NCBI GenBank assembly: GCA_964633985.1
Contig: CAZWKD010000002.1
Span: 15,375-79,374 of the forward strand
DNA from: an uncultured Acidimicrobium sp.
GTDB lineage: Bacteria; Actinomycetota; Acidimicrobiia; Acidimicrobiales; Ilumatobacteraceae
DNA length: 64,000 nt
Direction: 5' to 3'
Below are positions 8,919 through 17,297 of this stretch, one piece after another. The translations under genes were made by a program, and so were the position numbers. Every line of letters starts with the position of its first letter. The first letter of the stretch is position 1. The notes below the pieces were generated by a model. That model ran no database searches and was not told the DNA's origin. It saw only the letters and a list, made by a program, of their open reading frames with translations.

Positions 8919-9635
8919 CTAGCCGAACAGTCGTAGCCAGTCATCCATCGTCTGTGCGCGATACACGACGTTCTCTCGTTTGACATCTTCCAACAGCGCG
9001 TGTGGTCGTGATGAATAATCATGACCGGGGTAAAGATCGGTGTCGTCCGGCAAATTCGCCAATCTGGCGAGACTTCGAAAGAGATCTTCGGCGTCTCCGC
9101 CTGGAAGATCGGTGCGACCACATCCATCGAGGAAGATCGTGTCACCAGAAATCAGTCGACCGTCGACCATGAAACATTGACTTCCTGGTGTGTGCCCCGG
9201 AGTGTGGAGGAGTGTGACGCGAACGTCGCCGATGTCAAGTACGTCACCACCTTCGACGAGCCTCAGTGAGTCGGTCGAGAGACCGGTGGTCTTGATGATC
9301 CACTCTCGTTCGTTTCTGTTGACGATCACGGGCAATGATCGGTTGTTCAGGATGTCGACGACCCCAGGAAGACTCATCCCCATCATTCGTCCTCCGCAAT
9401 GGTCGGCGTGATAGTGAGAGATGAGGATTGAGTCCACCTCGTACCCATCGTCAGCGGCAATCTGAACGATCTCGAGGGGTGCATAAGCGGGATCGACCAC
9501 CGCACACCTTCGCGTCTTGGGGTCGCCGATCAGATAGGCGAAGTTACGCATCTGGATGGCAACTTGATCGCCACGCGCGAAATCGCGACCAGAGAGCAGC
9601 TGTCGAAAGTAGATCTCCCTATTCCCGTCAGGCAC
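8919..9635 (-). CDS. MBL-fold metallohydrolase, persulfide dioxygenase (ETHE1)/glyoxalase-II-like
   Basis: 238 aa. Motifs ISHYHADHCGG and HTPGHTPGS. GCGRTDLPGGDAEDLFRSL...LPDDTDLYPGHDY resembles the PDO-type C-terminal motif. Confidence 0.75.
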   Translation of the reverse strand: MPDGNREIYFRQLLSGRDFARGDQVAIQMRNFAYLIGDPKTRRCAVVDPAYAPLEIVQIAADDGYEVDSILISHYHADHCGGRMMGMSLPGVVDILNNRSLPVIVNRNEREWIIKTTGLSTDSLRLVEGGDVLDIGDVRVTLLHTPGHTPGSQCFMVDGRLISGDTIFLDGCGRTDLPGGDAEDLFRSLARLANLPDDTDLYPGHDYSSRPHALLEDVKRENVVYRAQTMDDWLRLFG

Positions 9636-9667
9636 GTTCGAACATTAGGTGGTCGTACGATGGAACC

Positions 9668-11110
9668 GTGATCGATGGCTCGATTTTGCACCGTGGAAAG
9701 CCCGTTCCGATCCCTGCCGAGGTGCGGTCTTTGTTCAAAGAAGGCGACCAACTGTTCGCCACCGACTCAGGCCAAGTTCTTCACGTTCCAGCGGACGCGA
9801 TCCGGGAGGTGGCGGGATGCGTTCAGCGAGCGAGGAAGGCGCTTCAGGGAATCCGAGTTGCACCCGAGCAAGCCATAACAGGATTCTTTGGGCGTGCCGC
9901 GGAGATCTTGTCGAACCAAAACCTGCGTAGTCAGCTCAAACGAATCAATGAACAGGACGTGCAGCGCGCGGAGGCCTTGGGACGATCGACCACACGTTTG
10001 AAGCTCGACGACCGGATGCTCGATGCAATGCAGGAGTCATTCGAGATTTGGGCGAGTCAACCCGTACAACGGGAAGTGTTGGTGGAAGAGATTCGGCACG
10101 GTTCGTGGACCGTCAGCCAAGTCCTCGCCCCACTCGGTGTGGTGGGTTTCGTCTTTGAAGGTCGCCCGAACGTCGTCGTCGACGCATGTGGGGTGTTGGT
10201 GTCAGGAAATTCTTGCGTTTTTCGTATTGGTCGTGACGCACGTGGAACTGCCGAGGCGATCATCAGGGAGGTGGTGGAACCAGCACTGCTCGAGAGTGAC
10301 CTGCCTGCAGACAGTGTCGTGTTGATCCCGCGCGATGACCATGCAAGTGGTTGGGCCCTTTTCGCCAATGTTGACATTTCGCTCGCGGTGGCACGGGGGA
10401 GTGGGTCAGCCGTACGAGACCTTGGATCGGTAGCCAGTCAGAGCGGTGTGCCTGTCAGCCTGCACGGACGTGGAGGAGCGTGGTTCCTGGTTGGCGACTC
10501 TGCAGATCAGGGTCGTTTGCAGGCCACGTTGAGGAATTCACTCGATCGCAAAGTATGCAACACCGCCAATGTGGTGACGATCCCAGTGTCCCAAGCTGCC
10601 GAACGCTTGACGACGGTCCTCAAAGCGGTTGACGAGGCTGCTGCTGCCCGAGGGTCCACTGGGATCGTGCATCTCATCTCTACAGATGGCTGTGACGCGC
10701 TCGGTTTCGTCGACTATGCGAGCACACGATTGAAGGTGGTGGTTTCAAGCATCGAGGATCTGCAGAAAGAATGGGAGTGGGAAGACGATCCTGAAATCTC
10801 CGTCTTGATCGTCGATAGTTTCGATGACGCAGTATCCACGTTCAATGAGTCGTCGCCACGTCTCGTTGCTTCCATCATCTCGGAAGATCCTCGTGACCAT
10901 GAATTCGGTTGGAACCACCTGTCCTGTCCGTTCGTCGGAGACGGGTTCTCGAGGTGGGTCGATGGACAGTTCGCTCTTCAACGTCCTGAGTTGGGATTGT
11001 CCAATTGGGAGAGTGGAGCACCGCTTGGTCGCGGCGCGATTCTCTCCGGTGGAGACATTCATTCGGTTCGTTATCGGGTCCGACAACACGACGAGAATCT
11101 GCACCGATGA
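9668..11110 (+). CDS. Divergent glutamate-5-semialdehyde dehydrogenase (ProA)-like aldehyde dehydrogenase
   Basis: Track ORF 9428..11110. The first 80 codons overlap the MBL gene, and an in-frame GTG lies at 9668. Motifs: PLGVVGFVFEGRPNVVVDA, VSGNSCVFRIG, catalytic-Cys context RKVCNTANVV. No proB nearby. Confidence 0.6.
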   Translation: MIDGSILHRGKPVPIPAEVRSLFKEGDQLFATDSGQVLHVPADAIREVAGCVQRARKALQGIRVAPEQAITGFFGRAAEILSNQNLRSQLKRINEQDVQRAEALGRSTTRLKLDDRMLDAMQESFEIWASQPVQREVLVEEIRHGSWTVSQVLAPLGVVGFVFEGRPNVVVDACGVLVSGNSCVFRIGRDARGTAEAIIREVVEPALLESDLPADSVVLIPRDDHASGWALFANVDISLAVARGSGSAVRDLGSVASQSGVPVSLHGRGGAWFLVGDSADQGRLQATLRNSLDRKVCNTANVVTIPVSQAAERLTTVLKAVDEAAAARGSTGIVHLISTDGCDALGFVDYASTRLKVVVSSIEDLQKEWEWEDDPEISVLIVDSFDDAVSTFNESSPRLVASIISEDPRDHEFGWNHLSCPFVGDGFSRWVDGQFALQRPELGLSNWESGAPLGRGAILSGGDIHSVRYRVRQHDENLHR

Positions 11111-11745
11111 GTCGCAGAGCTCGTCTGTTGGAGGCGGTGGCCTCTCGTCTGGATTCTTTTCTCGCCACGAATCTGCACATCGGACCGAACACTGCCAGGG
11201 GCAGACGTTTTCACGCCTTCGGCGACGGGAGCATCATCATGTACCCGTTTGCCAACGTGTACAACGAAGAGTTCATCAAGATCGGACTAGCCACGACCAT
11301 CGGCCCGAACGTGTCTCTCGCTGCCGGCATGATGCCTGGACAAAAGTGTCTGACGAATCCAGTGGTCGAGATTGGTGACCGCTGTTTGATCGGTCGAGAT
11401 AGCGGAATCGTTGGTCACTTGGGAATCCACATCGGAAACGACGTCTGGACCGGACATCGGGTGTACATCACCGACCAAAACCACGGCTACGAGGACTTGT
11501 CACGACCGATCTCCACTCAAACTCAGCCGGAACGTCCAGTGAGTATTGGGGACGGATCATGGATCGGCACCGGCTCGGTCGTGCTACCTGGCGCGACCAT
11601 AGGCAAGCACTGCACGATCGGAGCCAATTCCGTCGTGACTGGCAACATCCCCGATTACTCGGTGGCCGTCGGAGCGCCTGCTCGCGTGATCAAACGCTAT
11701 GTGGACGGTGAGGGTTGGATTGCCGTCACACCGACAGATCACTAG
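11107..11745 (+). CDS. Left-handed beta-helix (hexapeptide-repeat) acyl/acetyltransferase
   Basis: ATG 11107 overlaps the ProA-like stop (ATGA). Hexapeptide repeats IGDRCLIGRDSGIVGHLGIHIGNDVWTG and IGDGSWIGTGSVVLPGATIGKHCTIGANSVV. Confidence 0.75.
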   Translation: MSRRARLLEAVASRLDSFLATNLHIGPNTARGRRFHAFGDGSIIMYPFANVYNEEFIKIGLATTIGPNVSLAAGMMPGQKCLTNPVVEIGDRCLIGRDSGIVGHLGIHIGNDVWTGHRVYITDQNHGYEDLSRPISTQTQPERPVSIGDGSWIGTGSVVLPGATIGKHCTIGANSVVTGNIPDYSVAVGAPARVIKRYVDGEGWIAVTPTDH

Positions 11746-12307
11746 GGGGAGCGCAACGATCCATGTCGTTGGCACGCGCGAACGTGCCGAGTTTTTCGCT
11801 GAGAGGAATTCCGTCAACCCGTGTCTCTGCGAACGGTTCGTTTTGGCCTTGGCGCAGCATCTCGATATAGGCACGCCGATCATCAAGGTAGGTGACATAG
11901 TCGAGTCTCCAAAGTTCGCTGATGGCCAAGCCCTTCTCGTCCGTCGGTAACTGCTGGAAGACGTCGTCCACCATCTCACTCAAGATCGCGGTTGCCTGCT
12001 CCACCAGATCTGCGCGAATCAGCAGATCATCTGCACTCTCGATGCGTCGGGTGTCGGCGAGCCCTGCCAGACGGATTCGTGCAGCCAGGCAGATCTCGTC
12101 AGCGCGTGACGACCAAGATCGGTCGCCGACTCTATTGATGCTTTCGCGTGGGGACAGAAAGAAGGCGTAAAACCACATTGCCATCATCGACACGACGACG
12201 ACGCCTAGACCTACTCGCTTGAGTGTGTTCAGTTTGGGCACTACGTGATCGTACAATTCGTGACGATGAATGTTTCGTCGCGCGAGGACAGGACGCGACT
12301 CAAGCAA
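11726..12307 (-). CDS. Hypothetical membrane-anchored protein (one N-terminal TM helix)
   Basis: 193-aa ORF with TM GLGVVVVSMMAMWFYAFF followed by a soluble helical domain. The start is uncertain; GTG 12241 would remove the overlap with the divergent ABC gene. Confidence 0.45.
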   Translation of the reverse strand: MLESRPVLARRNIHRHELYDHVVPKLNTLKRVGLGVVVVSMMAMWFYAFFLSPRESINRVGDRSWSSRADEICLAARIRLAGLADTRRIESADDLLIRADLVEQATAILSEMVDDVFQQLPTDEKGLAISELWRLDYVTYLDDRRAYIEMLRQGQNEPFAETRVDGIPLSEKLGTFARANDMDRCAPPSDLSV

Positions 12308-13993
12308 TCAATCCCACTGATTCGCAAGTTGCTCTCTTTCCATCGCCGCCCGTTCACCGTGGCAGTGAGCGGCGCAGCCGTCTATGCGCTGTGCACGGTC
12401 GCGTCGAGTTTCGCCGTATCTCGTCTCATCGACTCGGTGATCCAGCCGTTTTTCGTCGATGGCGAGCAGGTGGGGCGCGCCTATCTTTTGGCCTGCTCGG
12501 TCATCGTCGCCATCGCGTTCGTTCGCGCAACAGGAGTTGTTGTTAGGCGTTCGTTTGCAGGCGTGACGCAGTGGCGTACCGCTTCGTCTCTCGCAGAGCG
12601 TGTCGTTCGTTCTCTCCTGGGTCGACCACTCACGTGGCATCTATCTCGGCAGCCGGGCGACCTCGTTGCTCGCGCAGGAGTGGATGCTGATGCGGCAGTC
12701 GCACTACTCGGGCCCATGCCGTTTGCGACCTCAGTGGTCGTTCTGATCGTGGCTGCAGGTGCTGCCCTGATCGTGGTGGATGCATTGCTGGGTGTTCTTG
12801 CCCTCATCGTTCTCCCATTGATGATGCTGTTGAATGTCACGTATCAGCGACGTGTGGACCGTCACTTCGTCACAGCACAACATGAATTGGGTGCCTTCTC
12901 TGAGGCTGCGTACGAGAGCCTCGAGGGCTACTCGGTGGTCAAAGCATTTGGCGCGGAGTCACGCGAGGCAGACCGCATGGCTTCGATTTCGGAACGGTTA
13001 CGTGAAGCACGGATCCGAGCAGTAAAAGGACGGGCCACGTTCGATGGCTTGATGGACGCCATGCCCGCACTGATCAACGTGTTCCTCGTGGTCATCGGCG
13101 CGCATCGGGTGCAATCCGGAGCGCTGACAGTCGGTGAACTGTCTGGGTTCGTCTACTTGTTCACCTTGTTGGTGTTCCCGCTCCGAATCATTGGCTATGT
13201 GTTCAGCGAACTTCCACACTCTCGCAGTGGCATGGATCGGATCGATGAGATTCTCGACGAGGCTTCGCCTGACCAACCGATCGTGAGCGCCGTTCGGAAT
13301 CATGCTCATGCTGCCGAAGTCGAATCCGTGTCTCTCGCGTACGGCTCGGATCGGGTGCTTCGGGACATCACGTTCTCCGTTACGCGAGGTGAGACTGTGG
13401 CCCTCGTTGGCCCCACCGGTTCGGGTAAGTCGAGTCTGCTCATGGTCGTAGCAGGACTGTTGGGAGCTGACACCGGTTCGGTGGCCACGGGTCGCACGAG
13501 CATCGTTTTTCAGGAGCCGTTCCTGTTCGACGGAACGATTCGCGACAACGTTCTCCTCGGAGACTCCGACGCATCGCTACTCGATGAGGCTCTGAGAATC
13601 TCCTGCGCCTTGGAGTTCCTCGACCAACTCCCTGCCGGAATCGACACGCTGACCGGTGAGCGTGGAGTAGGGCTGAGTGGTGGCCAGCGACAGCGGCTGG
13701 CGCTTGCACGTGCACTCTGTCGACAAAACGACTTGCTGCTCTTGGACGACACCACGTCCGCACTCGATTCCTCCAATGAGCAGCGTGTCCTGCAGTTCCT
13801 ACGAGAGATGCAACCACGACCAGCCGTCTTGATGGCGGCATCTCGACCGTCAGCAATCCGCGCGGCCGACCGCATCATCTTCATTGCGCATGGTCAGATT
13901 CAAGGAATCGGCGATCATGACGATCTGATGGTGCGTCTACAGGAATACCGAGATCTCGTCACTTCGTACGAGACAGGTCGATCCGATGGTTGA
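12245..13993 (+). CDS. ABC exporter half-transporter (TMD-NBD), degenerate-site subunit
   Basis: Walker A GPTGSGKSS, signature LSGGQRQRLALARAL, Walker B LLLLDDTTSALD (Asp in place of the catalytic Glu). The start could be 12245 or ATG 12266. Confidence 0.85.
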   Translation: MIVQFVTMNVSSREDRTRLKQSIPLIRKLLSFHRRPFTVAVSGAAVYALCTVASSFAVSRLIDSVIQPFFVDGEQVGRAYLLACSVIVAIAFVRATGVVVRRSFAGVTQWRTASSLAERVVRSLLGRPLTWHLSRQPGDLVARAGVDADAAVALLGPMPFATSVVVLIVAAGAALIVVDALLGVLALIVLPLMMLLNVTYQRRVDRHFVTAQHELGAFSEAAYESLEGYSVVKAFGAESREADRMASISERLREARIRAVKGRATFDGLMDAMPALINVFLVVIGAHRVQSGALTVGELSGFVYLFTLLVFPLRIIGYVFSELPHSRSGMDRIDEILDEASPDQPIVSAVRNHAHAAEVESVSLAYGSDRVLRDITFSVTRGETVALVGPTGSGKSSLLMVVAGLLGADTGSVATGRTSIVFQEPFLFDGTIRDNVLLGDSDASLLDEALRISCALEFLDQLPAGIDTLTGERGVGLSGGQRQRLALARALCRQNDLLLLDDTTSALDSSNEQRVLQFLREMQPRPAVLMAASRPSAIRAADRIIFIAHGQIQGIGDHDDLMVRLQEYRDLVTSYETGRSDG

Positions 13994-15776
13994 TGATCGC
14001 AAGAGTGGCGGATCCTTGGAGGTCATCAGTAAAGGAATGAAGGCGGCGCCTTCATTCACGGAGGGCATCGGTCTTACCTTGCTCTTTGCGGTCGCAGGAA
14101 CTGGGGCCCGAATCGCGATTCCAGTCCTTCTGCAGCAAGTCATCGACCGAGGATTCGTCGGTGGCGATGTGAACATGTCGTTTATCTACATGACCGCTTC
14201 CATCGCCGCGTTGTTCATCATGTGCTCCTCGTGGTCTCTGCGGACGGCCGCAGCCCGTCTAGGTGTTCGTGCCGAACACGGGCTTTACTTTCTTCGTGTA
14301 CGTCTCTTCGAACACATACATCGTTTGAGTATCGAGGATCACCACGAGACTCGGAAAGGTGAGCTCGTTTCGAGGGTCACCAGTGACATCGAATCGATGA
14401 CACGTTTCTTTGCTTGGGGTGGCTTGACCCTTCTCCTCGACACCACCCAGATCATCGTCGTAACCATGGTGATGATGGCGTACGACTGGCGTCTTGCATG
14501 TGTGGCGTTGCTGGTCTCAGCACCGTTGGCCTTCGTGCTTCGTGCTCTTCAGGGCAGACTGCTCCGCGCGCACTCACGGAGCCGCGAACGGAATGCAGAT
14601 TTTTATGCAGAACTGGGAGAGTCATTCTCGGGTCTGGCGACTTTGCGTTCATATGGTGCAGTTGACGGTCGTCTCGAGAAACTCGTCGCCGCTTCGCGAA
14701 CTCGGGCTTCTGCGAACATTCGCGCAGGAGTCGTCGGCGCATTCTTGTTTCCCCTCGGAGAGATATTTGCCGTCTTCACGGTCTGCGCAGTAGTCGGAAT
14801 TGGACTGGTCATCGGACCTGCGGGTGGCTTGACGGCGGGCGCCCTGGTGGGATTCGTCTTCCTCACCTATCGACTCCTGGAGCCCATCGCCGAGTTCACC
14901 GAAGTGATGGACATGACACAAAGCGCGGTGGCCAGCCTCCGTCGTGTTCTCGGTGTTCTCGAGATACCGATCGGTCCGCCGGAGCCACGCGAGCCGAAAC
15001 CGATTCCGAAAGGTAGCGTCGCGATCCACATCGACAATGTCAGTTTCGTCTACGACACTGCAGATGATCGTGGTGAACGTCCTGCAGTAGACCATGTTTC
15101 ATTGCACATTTCAGCGGGTGAACACGTTGCTCTCGTTGGACCATCAGGGTCAGGGAAGAGCACTCTTGGACGTCTGATTGCGCGTCTGATCGATCCGTCG
15201 GGAGGCTCGGTTTTGATTGCTGGCGTCGACGCACGACGAGTCACCAACGATGAACTTCGTGCTCGCGTAGTGATCGTTCCTCAAGAGCCATTCCTGTTTT
15301 CGGCGACCATCGAAGAAAATCTGCAATTTGCTGCCCCTCAGGCGACGCGAGACGAGATGCGTCTGGCTTTCGTTCGACTCGGCTTGGGAGAGTGGCTTGA
15401 TTCGCTCCCTCAAGGCCTCGACTCGGAGGTCGGACAACGGGGTTCAGCATTGAGCGCGGGGGAGCGCCAGTTGGTTGCTCTCGTTCGCGCCGCGATCACG
15501 AGCCCCGACGTACTCATCTTGGATGAGGCGACATCGTCCGTCGACCCGGTCACCGAGCAACAGTTGGGGAGAGCTCTTGAGGCGATTTCTGCGGGAAGAA
15601 CGACCATCTCGGTCGCTCACCGCCTGTCCACGGCAAGTCGTGCCGATCGAGTCGTGTTGATGGACCAAGGTCGGGTCATCGGGGAGGGAAGCCACTCAGC
15701 ACTACTTGAGTCCTCATCGGAGTATCGGGCACTACATGAGGCGTGGTTGACGTCGACGACGGTGCACGGGAAATGA
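13986..15776 (+). CDS. ABC exporter half-transporter (TMD-NBD), consensus-site subunit
   Basis: Walker A GPSGSGKST, non-canonical signature LSAGERQ, Walker B VLILDEATSSVD. Overlaps the upstream gene by 8 nt. Confidence 0.85.
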   Translation: MVDDRKSGGSLEVISKGMKAAPSFTEGIGLTLLFAVAGTGARIAIPVLLQQVIDRGFVGGDVNMSFIYMTASIAALFIMCSSWSLRTAAARLGVRAEHGLYFLRVRLFEHIHRLSIEDHHETRKGELVSRVTSDIESMTRFFAWGGLTLLLDTTQIIVVTMVMMAYDWRLACVALLVSAPLAFVLRALQGRLLRAHSRSRERNADFYAELGESFSGLATLRSYGAVDGRLEKLVAASRTRASANIRAGVVGAFLFPLGEIFAVFTVCAVVGIGLVIGPAGGLTAGALVGFVFLTYRLLEPIAEFTEVMDMTQSAVASLRRVLGVLEIPIGPPEPREPKPIPKGSVAIHIDNVSFVYDTADDRGERPAVDHVSLHISAGEHVALVGPSGSGKSTLGRLIARLIDPSGGSVLIAGVDARRVTNDELRARVVIVPQEPFLFSATIEENLQFAAPQATRDEMRLAFVRLGLGEWLDSLPQGLDSEVGQRGSALSAGERQLVALVRAAITSPDVLILDEATSSVDPVTEQQLGRALEAISAGRTTISVAHRLSTASRADRVVLMDQGRVIGEGSHSALLESSSEYRALHEAWLTSTTVHGK

Positions 15777-16519
15777 AGCTGAGGGTCGCCACAGTTGCGT
15801 TTTCAGCGTTGATGATCGCCTGTGCGCCGCTGGATTCGACCAACCAGGTTTGTCGTCTAATGCCGGAGCTCGACTCAAGCACCGTCGCTCTTGCAGTTGC
15901 CTTCCAAGACCTCGCAGAGGTCGACTCGGCGGTTCTAGAAAGCTCCCTCACCGTTCTCCTGGACACCCTGAACTCGTTGCTCGATAGTCCACCTACCGAA
16001 ATCGAGTCCTCACTGCTAGCTCTCGATCGGGCATACAAGGAAGTACGCGTCGCATTGGTCAACGTCGATTTCGACGGCAAGATCGCAGTGAACGATGCGG
16101 CAACGATCAATGCATTGTCTGGCTTGCGCAGATCGAATGTCATTCGTGCGAACCAAAGACTCGAGCTGTTCGTAGAGCAGAGATGCGATGCAGATCTGGA
16201 GGCACCCGTCCCTCCCGCCTTGGGGGACGGCGCAACGCTCCCCACGCCAATCCAAACACCTGATGAGACCGAAGAGTACCCATTCGTAGTCGAAGACGAA
16301 CCCTCTTCGCTCAGGGCTTACGGGTATCTATTGGTTGCTGGTCGCGAGATTCTGATCGATGAAGTACAGGCAGAGTGCATCGGGCGTTTTGTATCAAATG
16401 CGGCACTGGAAACAGGCTCGATCGACGACTCGACACTTGCTGCGTTGGTGGATCGCGCGTTGGATGAGTGCACACAAACTCCGCCAACGAGCACGGTCTC
16501 GCCAGGAGCGGGCGATTAG
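15773..16519 (+). CDS. Putative lipoprotein, function unknown
   Basis: ATG 15773 overlaps the ABC stop (ATGA). N-terminus MKLRVATVAFSALMIAC is a signal peptide with a lipobox-like MIAC. Confidence 0.55.
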   Translation: MKLRVATVAFSALMIACAPLDSTNQVCRLMPELDSSTVALAVAFQDLAEVDSAVLESSLTVLLDTLNSLLDSPPTEIESSLLALDRAYKEVRVALVNVDFDGKIAVNDAATINALSGLRRSNVIRANQRLELFVEQRCDADLEAPVPPALGDGATLPTPIQTPDETEEYPFVVEDEPSSLRAYGYLLVAGREILIDEVQAECIGRFVSNAALETGSIDDSTLAALVDRALDECTQTPPTSTVSPGAGD

Positions 16520-16531
16520 TCTCGCATCGTC

Positions 16532-17209
16532 ATGGATTTCACACTGATACGACACGCTGAACCAGAGTGGGTGAAGGATGGGAAGGCAGTGGTCGATCCA
16601 CCGCTCACCACGCGAGGACTAGCCCAGGCTGCCCTGCTCGGAAAGAGAATGGCCGGGGCCCAGTTCGATCACATTTTTGCTTCGCCGCTCATTCGCACGC
16701 ATCAGACTGCCGAACCGACGCTGGAAGCCCACGGCCGTGACTTGATCATCGAGCCGTGGTTGGAGGAGATTCGCGAGCCTGCATGGCATGGTGAACCGGC
16801 AGAGACGACGATCAAGGCCTATCGCGATGAAATGTCGAGGAATGCAGAGGACCGTTGGCACGGACTTCACGGTGGGGAACCGGTACGCGACTTTGTCAAC
16901 CGCATCCATGCCGGTGCGGAACAGTTTCTCGCGTCCCGAGGGGTACATCGGATGGATTCGCCACTTCCGCTGTGGCACATCGACAACCCTGGTGAGTCGT
17001 TCGTTTTCGTTGCGCATGCGGGCACCAACAGTGTGATCATCTGCCATCTCTTGGGTCTTCAACCAACACCCTGGGAGTGGGAACGCTTCGTCATCGGACA
17101 TGCGTCAGTGACGTCGATCAAAGCAATGAAATTGGGTGATGGGTACACGTTCAGCCTGATCAACCTGAGTGACGTGGAGCACCTGCCGTCTGATATTCGG
17201 ACTCGCTGA
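16532..17209 (+). CDS. Histidine phosphatase (phosphoglycerate-mutase-like) family protein
   Basis: MDFTLIRHAEPEW (RHx catalytic motif) and later FVAHAGT. Confidence 0.75.
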   Translation: MDFTLIRHAEPEWVKDGKAVVDPPLTTRGLAQAALLGKRMAGAQFDHIFASPLIRTHQTAEPTLEAHGRDLIIEPWLEEIREPAWHGEPAETTIKAYRDEMSRNAEDRWHGLHGGEPVRDFVNRIHAGAEQFLASRGVHRMDSPLPLWHIDNPGESFVFVAHAGTNSVIICHLLGLQPTPWEWERFVIGHASVTSIKAMKLGDGYTFSLINLSDVEHLPSDIRTR

Positions 17210-17243
17210 GAACTTGGAGCACTGAGCAGTCTCCAGAAATGGA

Positions 17244-17286
17244 GATGGGGGCGACACCAGGATCTCACACCTGTGCCGCCCCCATC
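17244..17286. terminator. GC-rich inverted repeat between convergent genes (candidate bidirectional terminator)
   Basis: GATGGGGGCG (17244-17253) pairs with CGCCCCCATC (17277-17286), with partial further pairing inside. It lies in the 88-nt gap between the 16532..17209 (+) and 17298..18632 (-) genes. The loop is long and there is no clear U-tract. Confidence 0.4.
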
Positions 17287-17297
17287 ACTCGACTGGC

